64,000 nucleotides of DNA from Eledone cirrhosa (Eukaryota): positions 165,974,001 through 166,038,000 of the forward strand of contig OZ024742.1 of assembly GCA_964016885.1 (NCBI GenBank), written 5' to 3'. Each line of letters opens with the position of its first letter. The first letter of the stretch is position 1. Positions 1 to 12,580 of this stretch are shown here, in pieces. Under the pieces are notes generated by a model that was given only the letters and a program-made list of their open reading frames with translations, was not told the DNA's origin and made no database searches. Both the position numbers and the translations under genes were made by a program.

Positions 1-741
1 AAATCAGGGGGAGATAATTTGTAAAAAAAATCAGGGGGAGATAATTTGTAAAAAAAATCAAGGGGAGATAATTACCAGCCGTCCAAGGAGAGATAATTTT
101 AAAAAAAAATCAGGCGGAGATAATTTGTAAAAAAAAATCAGGGGGAGATAATTTGTAAAAAAAAATCAGGGGGAGATAATTTGTAAAAAAAATCAAGGGG
201 AGATAATTTCCAGCCGTCCAAGGGGAGATAATTTTCAGCCGTCCAAGGGGAGATAATTTCCAGCCGTCCAAGGGGAGATAATTTAAAAAAAAAATCAGGC
301 GGAGATAATTTGTAAAAAAAATCAAGGGGAGATAATTTGCAACCGTCCAAGGGGACATAATTTTCAGTCGTCCAAGGAGAGGTAATTTCTAGCCGTACAA
401 GGGGAGATAATTTCCAGCCGTCCAAGGGGAGATAATTTTTTTTTAAAAATCAGGCGGAGATAATTTGTAAAAAAAAAATCAGGGGGAGATAATTTGTAAA
501 AAAAAATCAGGGGGAGATAATTTGTAAAAAAAAATCAGGGGGAGATAATTTGTAAAAAAAATCAAGGGGAGATAATTTCCAGCCGTCTAAGGGAAGATAA
601 TTTCCAGCCCTCCAAGGGGCTATAATTTCCAGCGTCCAAGGGGAGATAATTTCCAGCCAGCGAAGGGGAGATAATTGTTTTAAAAAAATCATTGGGAGAT
701 TTGTAAAAAAAATCAGGGGGAGATAATTAATAAAAAAAATC

Positions 742-965
742 AAGGGGAGATAATTTCCAGCCGTCCAAAGGGAGGTAATATCTAGCCGTCCAAGGGGAGA
801 TAATTTCCAGCCGTCCAAGGGGTGATAATTTCCAGCCGTCCAAGGGTAGATAATATCCAGCCGTCCAAGGAGACATATTTTCCAGCCGTCCAAGGAGAGG
901 TAATTTCTAGCCGTCCAAGGGGAGATAAATTCCAGCCTCCAAGGGGAGATAATTTCCAGCCAGCC
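742..965 (+). repeat. First copy of a recurrent ordered B-variant cassette (...GGAGGTAATATCTAG...GGGTAGATAATATCC, GGAGACATATTTTCC or GTAGACATATTTTCC, GGAGAGGTAATTTCTAG, GATAAATTCCAGCCTCC, CCAGCCAGCC exit)
   Basis: The same ordered series of diagnostic monomer variants recurs about 60 times. It is traceable in the ORF track as the peptide AGWKLSPLGGWNLSPLGRLEITSP at 782, 1368, 1728, 2037, 2991 and onward to 63619. Confidence 0.92.
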
Positions 966-1621
966 AAGGGGAGATAATTTGTAAAAAAATCAGGGGGAGA
1001 TAATTTGTAAAAAAAATCAGGGGTAGATAATTTGTAAAAAAAAATCAGGGGGAGATAATTTGTAAAAAAAAATCAGGGGGAGATAATTTGTAAAAAAAAT
1101 CAAGGGGAGATAATTTCCAGCCGTCCAAGGAGAGATAATTTAAAAAAAAAATCAGGCGGAGATAATTTGTAAAAAAAAATCAGGGGTAGATAATTTGTAA
1201 AAAAAAATCAGGGGGAGATAATTTGTAAAAAAAATCAAGGGGAGATAATTTCCAGCCGTCCAAGGGGAGATAATTTCCAGCCGTCCAAGGGGAGATAATT
1301 TTTTTAAAAAAATCAGGCGGAGATAATTTGTAAAAAAAATCAGGGGGAGATAATTTGTAAAAAAAAATCAGGGGGAGATAATTTGTAAAAAAAAATCAGG
1401 GGGAGATAATTTCCAGCCGTCCAAGGTAAGATAATTTCCAGCCCTCCAAGGGGCTATAATTTCCAGCATCCAAGGGGAGATAATTTCCAGCCGTCCAAGG
1501 GTAGATAATATCCAGCCGTCCAAGTAGACATATTTTCCAGCCGTCCAAGGAGAGGTAATTTCTAGCCGTCCAAGGGGAGATAAATTCCAGCCTCCAAGGG
1601 GAGATAATTTCCAGCCAGCCA

Positions 1622-2239
1622 AGGGGAGATAATTTGTAAAAAAATCAGGGGGAGATAATTTGTAAAAAAAATCAGGGGGAGATAATTTGTAAAAAAAAAT
1701 CAGGGGGAGATAATTTGTAAAAAAAAATCAGGGGGAGATAATTTGTAAAAAAAAATCAGGGGGAGATAATTTCCAGCCGTCCAAGGGGAGATAATTTTCA
1801 GCCGTCCAAGGGTAGATAATATCCAGCCGTCCAAGTAGACATTTTCCAGCCGTCCAAGGAGAGGTAATTTCTAGCCGTCCAAGGGGAGATAAATTCCAGC
1901 CTCCAAGGGGAGATAATTTCCAGCCAGCCAAGGGGAGATAATTTGTAAAAAAATCAGGGGGAGATAATTTGTAAAAAAAATCAGGGGGAGATAATTTGTA
2001 AAAAAAAATCAGGGGGAGATAATTTGTAAAAAAAAATCAGGGGGAGATAATTTGTAAAAAAAAATCAGGGGGAGATAATTTCCAGCCGTCCAAGGGGAGA
2101 TAATTTTCAGCCGTCCAAGGGTAGATAATATCCAGCCGTCCAAGTAGACATTTTCCAGCCGTCCAAGGAGAGGTAATTTCTAGCCGTCCAAGGGGAGATA
2201 AATTCCAGCCTCCAAGGGGAGATAATTTCCAGCCAGCCA
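1622..2239 (+). repeat. 309-bp tandem duplication (5 A monomers + 7 B monomers, two copies)
   Basis: Identical ORFs at 1728..1931 and 2037..2240 (offset 309), with the same A-run series 7,8,9,9,9. The paralogous region near 14.2-14.5 kb has only one copy. Confidence 0.9.
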
Positions 2240-2899
2240 AGGGGAGATAATTTGTAAAAAAATCAGGGGGAGATAATTTGTAAAAAAAATCAGGGGGAGA
2301 TAATTTGTAAAAAAAAATCAGGGGGAGATAATTTGTAAAAAAAAATCAGGAGGAGATAATTTGTAAAAAAAAATCAGGGGGAGATAATTTGTAAAAAAAA
2401 TCAAGGGGAGATAATTTCCAGCCGTCCAAGGGGAGATAATTTTCAGCCGTCCAAGGGGAGATAATTTCCAGCCGTCCAAGGGGAGATAATTTCCATCCTT
2501 CCAAGGGGAGATAATTTCCAGCCGTCCAAGGGGAGATAATTTTCAGCCGTCCAAGGGGAGATAATTTCCCGCCAGCCAAGGGAAGATAATATTTTAAAAA
2601 ATCAGGCGGAGATAATTTGTAAAAAAAATCAGGGGGAGATAATTTGTAAAAAAATCAGGGGGAGATAATTTGTAAAAAAAAAATCAGGGGGAGATAATTT
2701 GTAAAAAAAATCAGGGGGAGATAATTTGTAAAAAAAAAATCAGGGGGAGATAATTTGTAAAAAAAAATCAGGGGGAGATAATTTCCAGCCGTCCGAGGGG
2801 AGATAATTTTCAGCCGTCCAAGGGGAGATAATTTCCCGCCAGCCAAGGGAAGATAATATTTAAAAAAATCAGGCGGAGATAATTTGTAAAAAAAATCAG

Positions 2900-5800
2900 G
2901 GGGAGATAATTTGTAAAAAAATCAGGGGGAGATAATTTGTAAAAAAAATCAAGGGGAGATAATTTCCAGCCGTCCAAGGGGAGGTAATATCTAGCCGTCC
3001 AAGGGGAGATAATTTCCAGCCGTCCAAGAGGAGATAATTTCCAGCCATCCAAGGGTAGATAATATCCAGCCGTCCAAGGATACATATTTTCCAGCCGTCC
3101 AAGGAGAGGTAATTTCTAGCCGTCCAAGGGGAGATAAATTCCAGCCTCCAAGGGGAGATAATTTCCAGCCAGCCAAGGGGAGATAATTTGTAAAAAAAAT
3201 CAGGGGGAGATAATTTGTAAAAAAAATCAGGGGGAGATAATTTGTAAAAAAAAATCAGGGGGAGATAATTTGTAAAAAAAATCAGGGGGAGATAATTTGT
3301 AAAAAAAAATCAAGGGGAGATAATTTCCAGCCGTCCAAGGGGAGATAATTTTCAGCCGCCCAAGGGGAGATAATTTCCCGCCAGCCAAAAGAAGATAATA
3401 TTTAAAAAATCAGGCGGAGATAATTTGTAAAAAAAATCAGGGGGAGATAATTTGTAAAAAAATCAGGGGGAGATAATTTGTAAAAAAAAAATCAGGGGGA
3501 GATAATTTGTAAAAAAAATCAGGGGGAGATGATTTGTAAAAAAAAATCAGGGGTAGATAATTTGTAAAAAAAAATCAGGGGGAGATAATTTGTAAAAAAA
3601 AATCAGGGGGAGATAATTTGTAAAAAAAATCAAGGGGAGATAATTTCCAGCCGTCGAAGGGAAGATAATTTCCAGCCCTCCAAGGGGCTATAATTTCCAG
3701 CGTCCAAGGGGAGATAATTTCCAGCCGTCCAAGGGGAGATAATTTCCAGCCGTCCAAGGGTAGATAATATCCAGCCGTCCAAGTAGACATTTTCCAGCCG
3801 TCCAAGGAGAGGTAATTTCTAGCCGTCCAAGGGGAGATAAATTCCAGCCTCCAAGGGGAGATAATTTCCAGCCAGCCAAGGGGAGATAATTTGTAAAAAA
3901 ATCAGGGGGAGATAATTTGTAAAAAAAATCAGGGGGAGATAATTTGTAAAAAAAAATCAGGGGGAGATAATTTGTTAAAAAAAATCAGGGGGAGATAATT
4001 TGTAAAAAAAATCAGGGGGAGATAATTTGTAAAAAAATCAAGGGGAGATAATTTCCAGCCGTCCAAGGGGAGATAATTTTCAGCCGTCCAAGGGGAGATA
4101 ATTTCCAGCCGTCCAAGGGGAGATAATTTCCATCCTTCCAAGGGGAGATAATTTCCAGCCGTCCAAGGGGAGATAATTTTCAGCCGTCCAAGGGGAGATA
4201 ATTTCCCGCCAGCCAAGGGAAGATAATATTTTAAAAAATCAGGCGGAGATAATTTGTAAAAAAAATCAGGGGGAGATAATTTGTAAAAAAATCAGGGGGA
4301 GATAATTTCCAGCCAGCGAAGGGGAGATAATTTTTTTAAAAAAATCAGGGGGAGATATGTAAAAAAAATCAGAGGGACATAATTTCTAAAAAAAATCAAA
4401 GGGAGATAATTTCCAGCCGTCCAAAGAGAGATAATTTCTAGCCGTCCAAGGGGAGATAATTTCCAGCCAAGGGGAGATAATTTCCAGCCGTCCAAGGGGA
4501 GATAATTATTTAAAAAATCAGGTGGAGATAATTTGTAAAAAAAATCAGGGGGAGATAATTTGTAAAAACAAAATCAAGGGCAGATAATTTCCAGCTGTCC
4601 AAGGGGAGATAATTTCCAGCCGTGCAAGGGGAGATAATTTCCAGCCGTCCAAGGGGAGATAATTTCCATCCATCCAAGGGGAGATAATGTCCAGCCGTCC
4701 AAGGGGAGATAATTTCCCGCCATCCAAGGGAAGATAATTTTTAAAAAAATTAGGCGGAGATTGTAAAAAAAATCAGGGGGAGATAATTTGTAAAAAAATC
4801 AGGGGGAGATAATTTGTAAAAAAAAATCAGGGGGAGATAATTTGTAAAAAAAAAATCAGGGGGAGATAATTTGTAAAAAAAATCAGGGGTAGATAATTTG
4901 TAAAAAAAAATCAGGGGGAGATAATTTGTAAAAAAAAATCAGGGGGAGATAATTTGTAAAAAAATCAAGGGGAGATAATATGCAGCCGTCCAAGGGGAGA
5001 TAATTTTCAGCCGTCCAAGGAGAGGTAATTTCTAGCCGTCCAAGGGGAGATAATTTCCAGCCGTCCAAGGGGAGATAGTTTTTTTAAAAAAATCAGGCGG
5101 AGATAATTTATAAAAAAAAAATCAGGGGGAGATAATTTGTAAAAAAAAATCAGGGGGAGATAATTTGTAAAAAAAAATCAGGGGGAGATAATTTGTAAAA
5201 AAAATCAGGGGGAGATAATTAGTAAAAAAAATCAAGGGGAGATAATTTCCAGCCGTCCAAGGGGAGGTAATATCTAGCCGTCCACGGGGAGATAATTTCC
5301 AGCCGTCCAAGGGGAGATAATTTCCAGCCGTCCAAGGGTAGATAATATCCAGCCGTCCAAGTAGACATATTTTCCAGCCGTCCAAGGAGAGGTAATTTCT
5401 AGCCGTCCAAGGGGAGATAAATTCCAGCCTCCAAGGGGAGATAATTTCCAGCCAGCCAAGGGGAGATAATTTGTAAAAAAATCAGGGGGAGATAATTTGT
5501 AAAAAAAATCAGGGGGAGATAATTTGTAAAAAAAAATCAGGGGGAGATAATTTGTAAAAAAAAATCAGGGGGAGATAATTTGTAAAAAAAATCAGGGGGA
5601 GATAATTTGTAAAAAAAAATCAGGGGGAGATAATTTGTAAAAAAAAATCAGGGGGAGATAATTTGTAAAAAAAAATCAGGGGGAGATAATTTGTAAAAAA
5701 AATCAAGGGGAGATAATTTCCAGCCGTCCAAGGGGAGATAATTTCCAGCCGTCCAAGGGGAGGTAATATCTAGCCGTCCAAGGGGAGATAATTTCCAGCC

Positions 5801-8800
5801 GTCCAAGAGGAGATAATTTCCAGCCGTCCAAGGGTAGATAATATCCAGCCGTCCAAGGAGACATATTTTCCAGCCGTCCAAGGAGAGGTAATTTCTAGCC
5901 GTCCAAGGGGAGATAAATTCCAGCCTCCAAGGGGAGATAATTTCCAGCCAGCCAAGGGGAGATAATTTGTAAAAAAAATCAGGGGGAGATAATTTGGAAA
6001 AAAAATCAGGGGGAGATAATTTGTAAAAAAAAATCAGGGGGAGATAATTTGTAAAAAAAATCAGGGGGAGATAATTTGTAAAAAAAAATCAAGGGGAGAT
6101 AATTTCCAGCCGTCCAAGGGGAGATAATTTTCAGCCGCCCAAGGGGAGATAATTTCCCGCCAGCCAAAAGAAGATAATATTTAAAAAATCAGGCGGAGAT
6201 AATTTGTAAAAAAAATCAGGGGGAGATAATTTGTAAAAAAATCAGGGGGAGATAATTTGTAAAAAAAAAATCAGGGGGAGATAATTTGTAAAAAAAATCA
6301 GGGGGAGATGATTTGTAAAAAAAAATCAGGGGTAGATAATTTGTAAAAAAAAATCAGGGGGAGATAATTTGTAAAAAAAAATCAGGGGGAGATAATTTGT
6401 AAAAAAAATCAGGGGGAGATAATTTGTAAAAAAATCAAGGGGAGATAATTTCCAGCCAGCCAAGGGGAGATAATTTGTAAAAAAATCAGGGGGAGATAAT
6501 TTGTAAAAAAAATCAGGGGGAGATAATTTGTAAAAAAAAATCAGGGGGAGATAATTTGTAAAAAAAAATCAGGGGGAGATAATTTGTAAAAAAAATCAGG
6601 GGGAGATAATTTGTAAAAAAATCAAGGGGAGATAATTTCCAGCCGTCCAAGGGGAGATAATTTTCAGCCGTCCAAGGGGAGATAATTTCCAGCCGTCCAA
6701 GGGGAGATAATTTCCATCCTTCCAAGGGGAGATAATTTCCAGCCGTCCAAGGGGAGATAATTTTCAGCCGTCCAAGGGGAGATAATTTCCCGCCAGCCAA
6801 GGGAAGATAATATTTTAAAAAATCAGGCGGAGATAATTTGTAAAAAAAATCAGGGGGAGATAATTTGTAAAAAAATCAGGGGGAGATAATTTGTAAAAAA
6901 AAATCAGGGGGAGATAATTTGTAAAAAAAATCAGGGGTAGATAATTTGTAAAAAAAATCAGGGGTAGATAATTTGTAAAAAAAAATCAGGGGGAGATAAT
7001 TTGTAAAAAAAAAATCAGGGGGAGATAATTTGTAAAAAAAATCAAGGGGAGATAATTTCCAGCCGTCCAAGGAGAGATAATTTTTAAAAAAAATCAGGCG
7101 GAGATAATTTGTAAAAAAAATCAAGGGGAGATAATTTGTAAAAAAAAATCAGGGGGAGATAATTTGTAAAAAAAATCAAGGGGAGATAATTTCCAGCCGT
7201 CCAAGGGAAGATAATTTCCAGCACTCCAAGGGGCTATAATTTCCAGTGTCCAAGGGGAGATAATTTCCAGCCAGCGAAGGGGAGATAATTTTTTTTAAAA
7301 AATCAGGGGGAGATATGTAAAAAAAATCAGAGGGAGATAATTTCTAAAAAAAATCAAAGGGAGATAATTTCCAGCCGTCCAAAGAGAGATAATTTCTAGC
7401 CGTCCAAGGGGAGATAATTTCCAGCCAAGGGGAGATAATTTCCAGCCGTCCAAGGGGAGATAATTATTTAAAAAATCAGGTGGAGATAATTTGTAAAAAA
7501 AATCAGGGGGAGATAATTTGTAAAAACAAAATCAAGGGCAGATAATTTCCAGCTGTCCAAGGGGAGATAATTTCCAGCCGTGCAAGGGGAGATAATTTCC
7601 AGCCGTCCAAGGGGAGATAATTTCCATCCTTCCAAGGGGAGATAATGTCCAGCCGTCCAAGGGGAGATAATTTCCCGCCATCCAAGGGAAGATAATTTTT
7701 AAAAAAATTAGGCGGAGATTGTAAAAAAAATCAGGGGGAGATAATTTGTAAAAAAATCAGGGGGAGATAATTTGTAAAAAAAAATCAGGGGGAGATAATT
7801 TGTAAAAAAAAAATCAGGGGGAGATAATTTGTAAAAAAAATCAGGGGTAGATAATTTGTAAAAAAAAATCAGGGGGAGATAATTTGTAAAAAAAAATCAG
7901 GGGGAGATAATTTGTAAAAAAATCAAGGGGAGATAATATGCAGCCGTCCAAGGGGAGATAATTTTCAGCCGTCCAAGGAGAGGTAATTTCTAGCCGTCCA
8001 AGGGGAGATAATTTCCAGCCGTCCAAGGGGAGATAGTTTTTTTAAAAAAATCAGGCGGAGATAATTTATAAAAAAAAAATCAGGGGGAGATAATTTGTAA
8101 AAAAAATCAGGGGGAGATAATTTGTAAAAAAAAATCAGGGGGAGATAATTTGTAAAAAAAATCAGGGGGAGATAATTAGTAAAAAAAATCAAGGGGAGAT
8201 AATTTCCAGCCGTCCAAGGGGAGGTAATATCTAGCCGTCCACGGGGAGATAATTTCCAGCCGTCCAAGGGGAGATAATTTCCAGCCGTCCAAGGGTAGAT
8301 AATATCCAGCCGTCCAAGTAGACATATTTTCCAGCCGTCCAAGGAGAGGTAATTTCTAGCCGTCCAAGGGGAGATAAATTCCAGCCTCCAAGGGGAGATA
8401 ATTTCCAGCCAGCCAAGGGGAGATAATTTGTAAAAAAATCAGGGGGAGATAATTTGTAAAAAAAATCAGGGGGAGATAATTTGTAAAAAAAAATCAGGGG
8501 GAGATAATTTGTAAAAAAAAATCAGGGGGAGATAATTTGTAAAAAAAATCAGGGGGAGATAATTTGTAAAAAAAAATCAGGGGGAGATAATTTGTAAAAA
8601 AAAATCAGGGGGAGATAATTTGTAAAAAAAAATCAGGGGGAGATAATTTGTAAAAAAAATCAAGGGGAGATAATTTCCAGCCGTCCAAGGGGAGATAATT
8701 TCCAGCCGTCCAAGGGGAGGTAATATCTAGCCGTCCAAGGGGAGATAATTTCCAGCCGTCCAAGAGGAGATAATTTCCAGCCGTCCAAGGGTAGATAATA

Positions 8801-11600
8801 TCCAGCCGTCCAAGGAGACATATTTTCCAGCCGTCCAAGGAGAGGTAATTTCTAGCCGTCCAAGGGGAGATAAATTCCAGCCTCCAAGGGGAGATAATTT
8901 CCAGCCAGCCAAGGGGAGATAATTTGTAAAAAAAATCAGGGGGAGATAATTTGTAAAAAAAATCAGGGGGAGATAATTTGTAAAAAAAAATCAGGGGGAG
9001 ATAATTTGTAAAAAAAATCAGGGGGAGATAATTTGTAAAAAAAAATCAAGGGGAGATAATTTCCAGCCGTCCAAGGGGAGATAATTTTCAGCCGCCCAAG
9101 GGGAGATAATTTCCCGCCAGCCAAAAGAAGATAATATTTAAAAAATCAGGCGGAGATAATTTGTAAAAAAAATCAGGGGGAGATAATTTGTAAAAAAATC
9201 AGGGGGAGATAATTTGTAAAAAAAAAATCAGGGGGAGATAATTTGTAAAAAAAATCAGGGGGAGATGATTTGTAAAAAAAAATCAGGGGTAGATAATTTG
9301 TAAAAAAAATCAGGGGGAGATAATTTGTAAAAAAAAATCAGGGGGAGATAATTTGTAAAAAAAATCAAGGGGAGATAATTTCCAGCCGTCGAAGGGAAGA
9401 TAATTTCCAGCCCTCCAAGGGGCTATAATTTCCAGCGTCCAAGGGGAGATAATTTCCAGCCGTCCAAGGGGAGATAATTTCCAGCCGTCCAAGGGTAGAT
9501 AATATCCAGCCGTCCAAGTAGACATTTTCCAGCCGTCCAAGGAGAGGTAATTTCTAGCCGTCCAAGGGGAGATAAATTCCAGCCTCCAAGGGGAGATAAT
9601 TTCCAGCCAGCCAAGGGGAGATAATTTGTAAAAAAATCAGGGGGAGATAATTTGTAAAAAAAATCAGGGGGAGATAATTTGTAAAAGAAAATCAGGGGGA
9701 GATAATTTGTAAAAAAAAATCAGGGGGAGATAATTTGTAAAAAAAATCAGGGGGAGATAATTTGTAAAAAAATCAAGGGGAGATAATTTCCAGCCGTCCA
9801 AGGGGAGATAATTTTCAGCCGTCCAAGGGGAGATAATTTCCAGCCGTCCAAGGGGAGATAATTTCCATCCTTCCAAGGGGAGATAATTTCCAGCCGTCCA
9901 AGGGGAGATAATTTTCAGCCGTCCAAGGGGAGATAATTTCCCGCCAGCCAAGGGAAGATAATATTTTAAAAAATCAGGCGGAGATAATTTGTAAAAAAAA
10001 TCAGGGGGAGATAATTTGTAAAAAAATCAGGGGGAGATAATTTGTAAAAAAAAATCAGGGGGAGATAATTTGTAAAAAAAATCAGGGGTAGATAATTTGT
10101 AAAAAAAATCAGGGGTAGATAATTTGTAAAAAAAAATCAGGGGGAGATAATTTGTAAAAAAAAAATCAGGGGGAGATAATTTGTAAAAAAAATCAAGGGG
10201 AGATAATTTCCAGCCGTCCAAGGAGAGATAATTTTTAAAAAAAATCAGGCGGTGATAATTTGTAAAAAAAATCAAGGGGAGATAATTTGTAAAAAAAAAT
10301 CAGGGGGAGATAATTTGTAAAAAAAATCAAGGGGAGATAATTTCCAGCCGTCCAAGGGAAGATAATTTCCAGCACTCCAAGGGGCTATAATTTCCAGTGT
10401 CCAAGGGGAGATAATTTCCAGCCAGCGAAGGGGAGATAATTTTTTTTAAAAAATCAGGGGGAGATATGTAAAAAAAATCAGAGGGAGATAATTTCTAAAA
10501 AAAATCAAAGGGAGATAATTTCCAGCCGTCCAAAGAGAGATAATTTCTAGCCGTCCAAGGGGAGATAATTTCCAGCCAAGGGGAGATAATTTCCAGCCGT
10601 CCAAGGGGAGATAATTATTTAAAAAATCAGGTGGAGATAATTTGTAAAAAAAATCAGGGGGAGATAATTTGTAAAAACAAAATCAAGGGCAGATAATTTC
10701 CAGCTGTCCAAGGGGAGATAATTTCCAGCCGTGCAAGGGGAGATAATTTCCAGCCGTCCAAGGGGAGATAATTTCCATCCTTCCAAGGGGAGATAATGTC
10801 CAGCCGTCCAAGGGGAGATAATTTCCCGCCATCCAAGGGAAGATAATTTTTAAAAAAATCAGGCGGAGATTGTAAAAAAAATCAGGGGGAGATAATTTGT
10901 AAAAAAATCAGGGGGAGATAATTTGTAAAAAAAAATCAGGGGGAGATAATTTGTAAAAAAAAAATCAGGGGGAGATAATTTGTAAAAAAAATCAGGGGTA
11001 GATAATTTGTAAAAAAAAATCAGGGGGAGATAATTTGTAAAAAAAAATCAGGGGGAGATAATTTGTAAAAAAATCAAGGGGAGATAATATGCAGCCGTCC
11101 AAGGGGAGATAATTTTCAGCCGTCCAAGGAGAGGTAATTTCTAGCCGTCCAAGGGGAGATAATTTCCAGCCGTCCAAGGGGAGATAGTTTTTTTAAAAAA
11201 ATCAGGCGGAGATAATTTATAAAAAAAAAACAGGGGGAGATAATTTGTAAAAAAAAATCAGGGGGAGATAATTTGTAAAAAAAAATCAGGGGGAGATAAT
11301 TTGTAAAAAAAATCAGGGGGAGATAATTAGTAAAAAAAATCAAGGGGAGATAATTTCCAGCCGTCCAAGGGGAGGTAATATCTAGCCGTCCACGGGGAGA
11401 TAATTTCCAGCCGTCCAAGGGGAGATAATTTCCAGCCGTCCAAGGGTAGATAATATCCAGCCGTCCAAGTAGACATATTTTCCAGCCGTCCAAGGAGAGG
11501 TAATTTCTAGCCGTCCAAGGGGAGATAAATTCCAGCCTCCAAGGGGAGATAATTTCCAGCCAGCCAAGGGGAGATAATTTGTAAAAAAATCAGGGGTAGA
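2900..11600 (+). repeat. Tandem ~3151-bp higher-order repeat, about 3 copies, two with internal deletions; boundaries approximate
   Basis: ORF offsets 6513/9664, 6876/10027, 7503/10654 and 7841/10992 are all 3151. Offsets 4545/7503 = 2958 and 3929/6513 = 2584 are explained by net deletions of ~194 bp (near 6450) and ~374 bp (near 4300). Confidence 0.88.
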
Positions 11601-12580
11601 TAATTTGTAAAAAAAAATCAGGGGGAGATAATTTGTAAAAAAAATCAGGGGGAGATAATTTGTAAAAAAAATCAAGGGGAGATAATTTCCAGCCGTCCAA
11701 GGGAAGATAATTTCAAGCCCTCCAAGGGGCTATAATTTCCAGTGTCCAAGGGGAGATAATTTCCAGCCAGCGAAGGGGAGATAATTTTTTTTTTAAAATC
11801 AGGGGGAGATTTGTAAAAAAAATCAGGGGGAGATAATTTGTAAAAAAAATCAAAGGGAGATAATTTCCAGCCGTCCAAAGAGAGATAATTTCTAGCCGTC
11901 CAAGGGGAGATAATTTCGAGCCAAGGGGGGATAATTTCCAGCCGTCCAAGGGGAGATAATTTTTTAAAAAATCAGGTGGAGATAATTTGTAAAAAAAATC
12001 AGGGGGAGATAATTTGTAAAAACAAAATCAAGGGCAGATAATTTCCAGCTGTCCAAGGGGAGATAATTTCCAGCCGTGCAAGGGGAGATAATTTCCAGCC
12101 GTCCAAGGGGAGATAATTTCCATCCTTCCAAGGGGAGATAATTTCCAGCCGTCCAAGGGGAGATAATTTCCCGCCAGCCAAGGGAAGATAATTTTTTAAA
12201 AAATCAGGCGGAGATTGTAAAAAAAATCAGGGGGAGATAATTTGTAAAAAAATCAGGGGGAGATAATTTGTAAAAAAATCAAGGGGAGATAATTTCCAGC
12301 TGTCCAAGGGGAGGTAATATCTAGCCGTCCAAGGGGAGATAATTTCCAGCCGTCCAAGGGGAGATAATTTCCAGCCGTCCAAGGGTAGATAATATCCAGC
12401 CGTCCAAGGAGACATATTTTCCAGCCGTCCAAGGAGAGGTAATTTCTAGCCGTCCAAGTGGAAATAAATTCCAGCCTCCAAGGGGAGATAATTTCCAGCC
12501 AGCCAAGGGGAGATAATTTGTAAAAAAATCAGAGGGAGATAATTTGTAAAAAAAATCAGGGGGAGATAATTTGTAAAAAA

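Noticed and set aside
195-215. NF-kB/Rel site or Shine-Dalgarno motif in GGGGAGATAATTTCC
   Set aside because: The spacing between GGG and TTCC is too long for GGGRNWYYCC. GGAG is followed by stop codons rather than an ORF.
5461-5710. Phased A-tract macroscopic curvature (kinetoplast-like)
   Set aside because: The A-tract spacing of 26-29 bp is about 2.5-2.8 helical turns, so it is not in phase with 10.5 bp and the bends would largely cancel.
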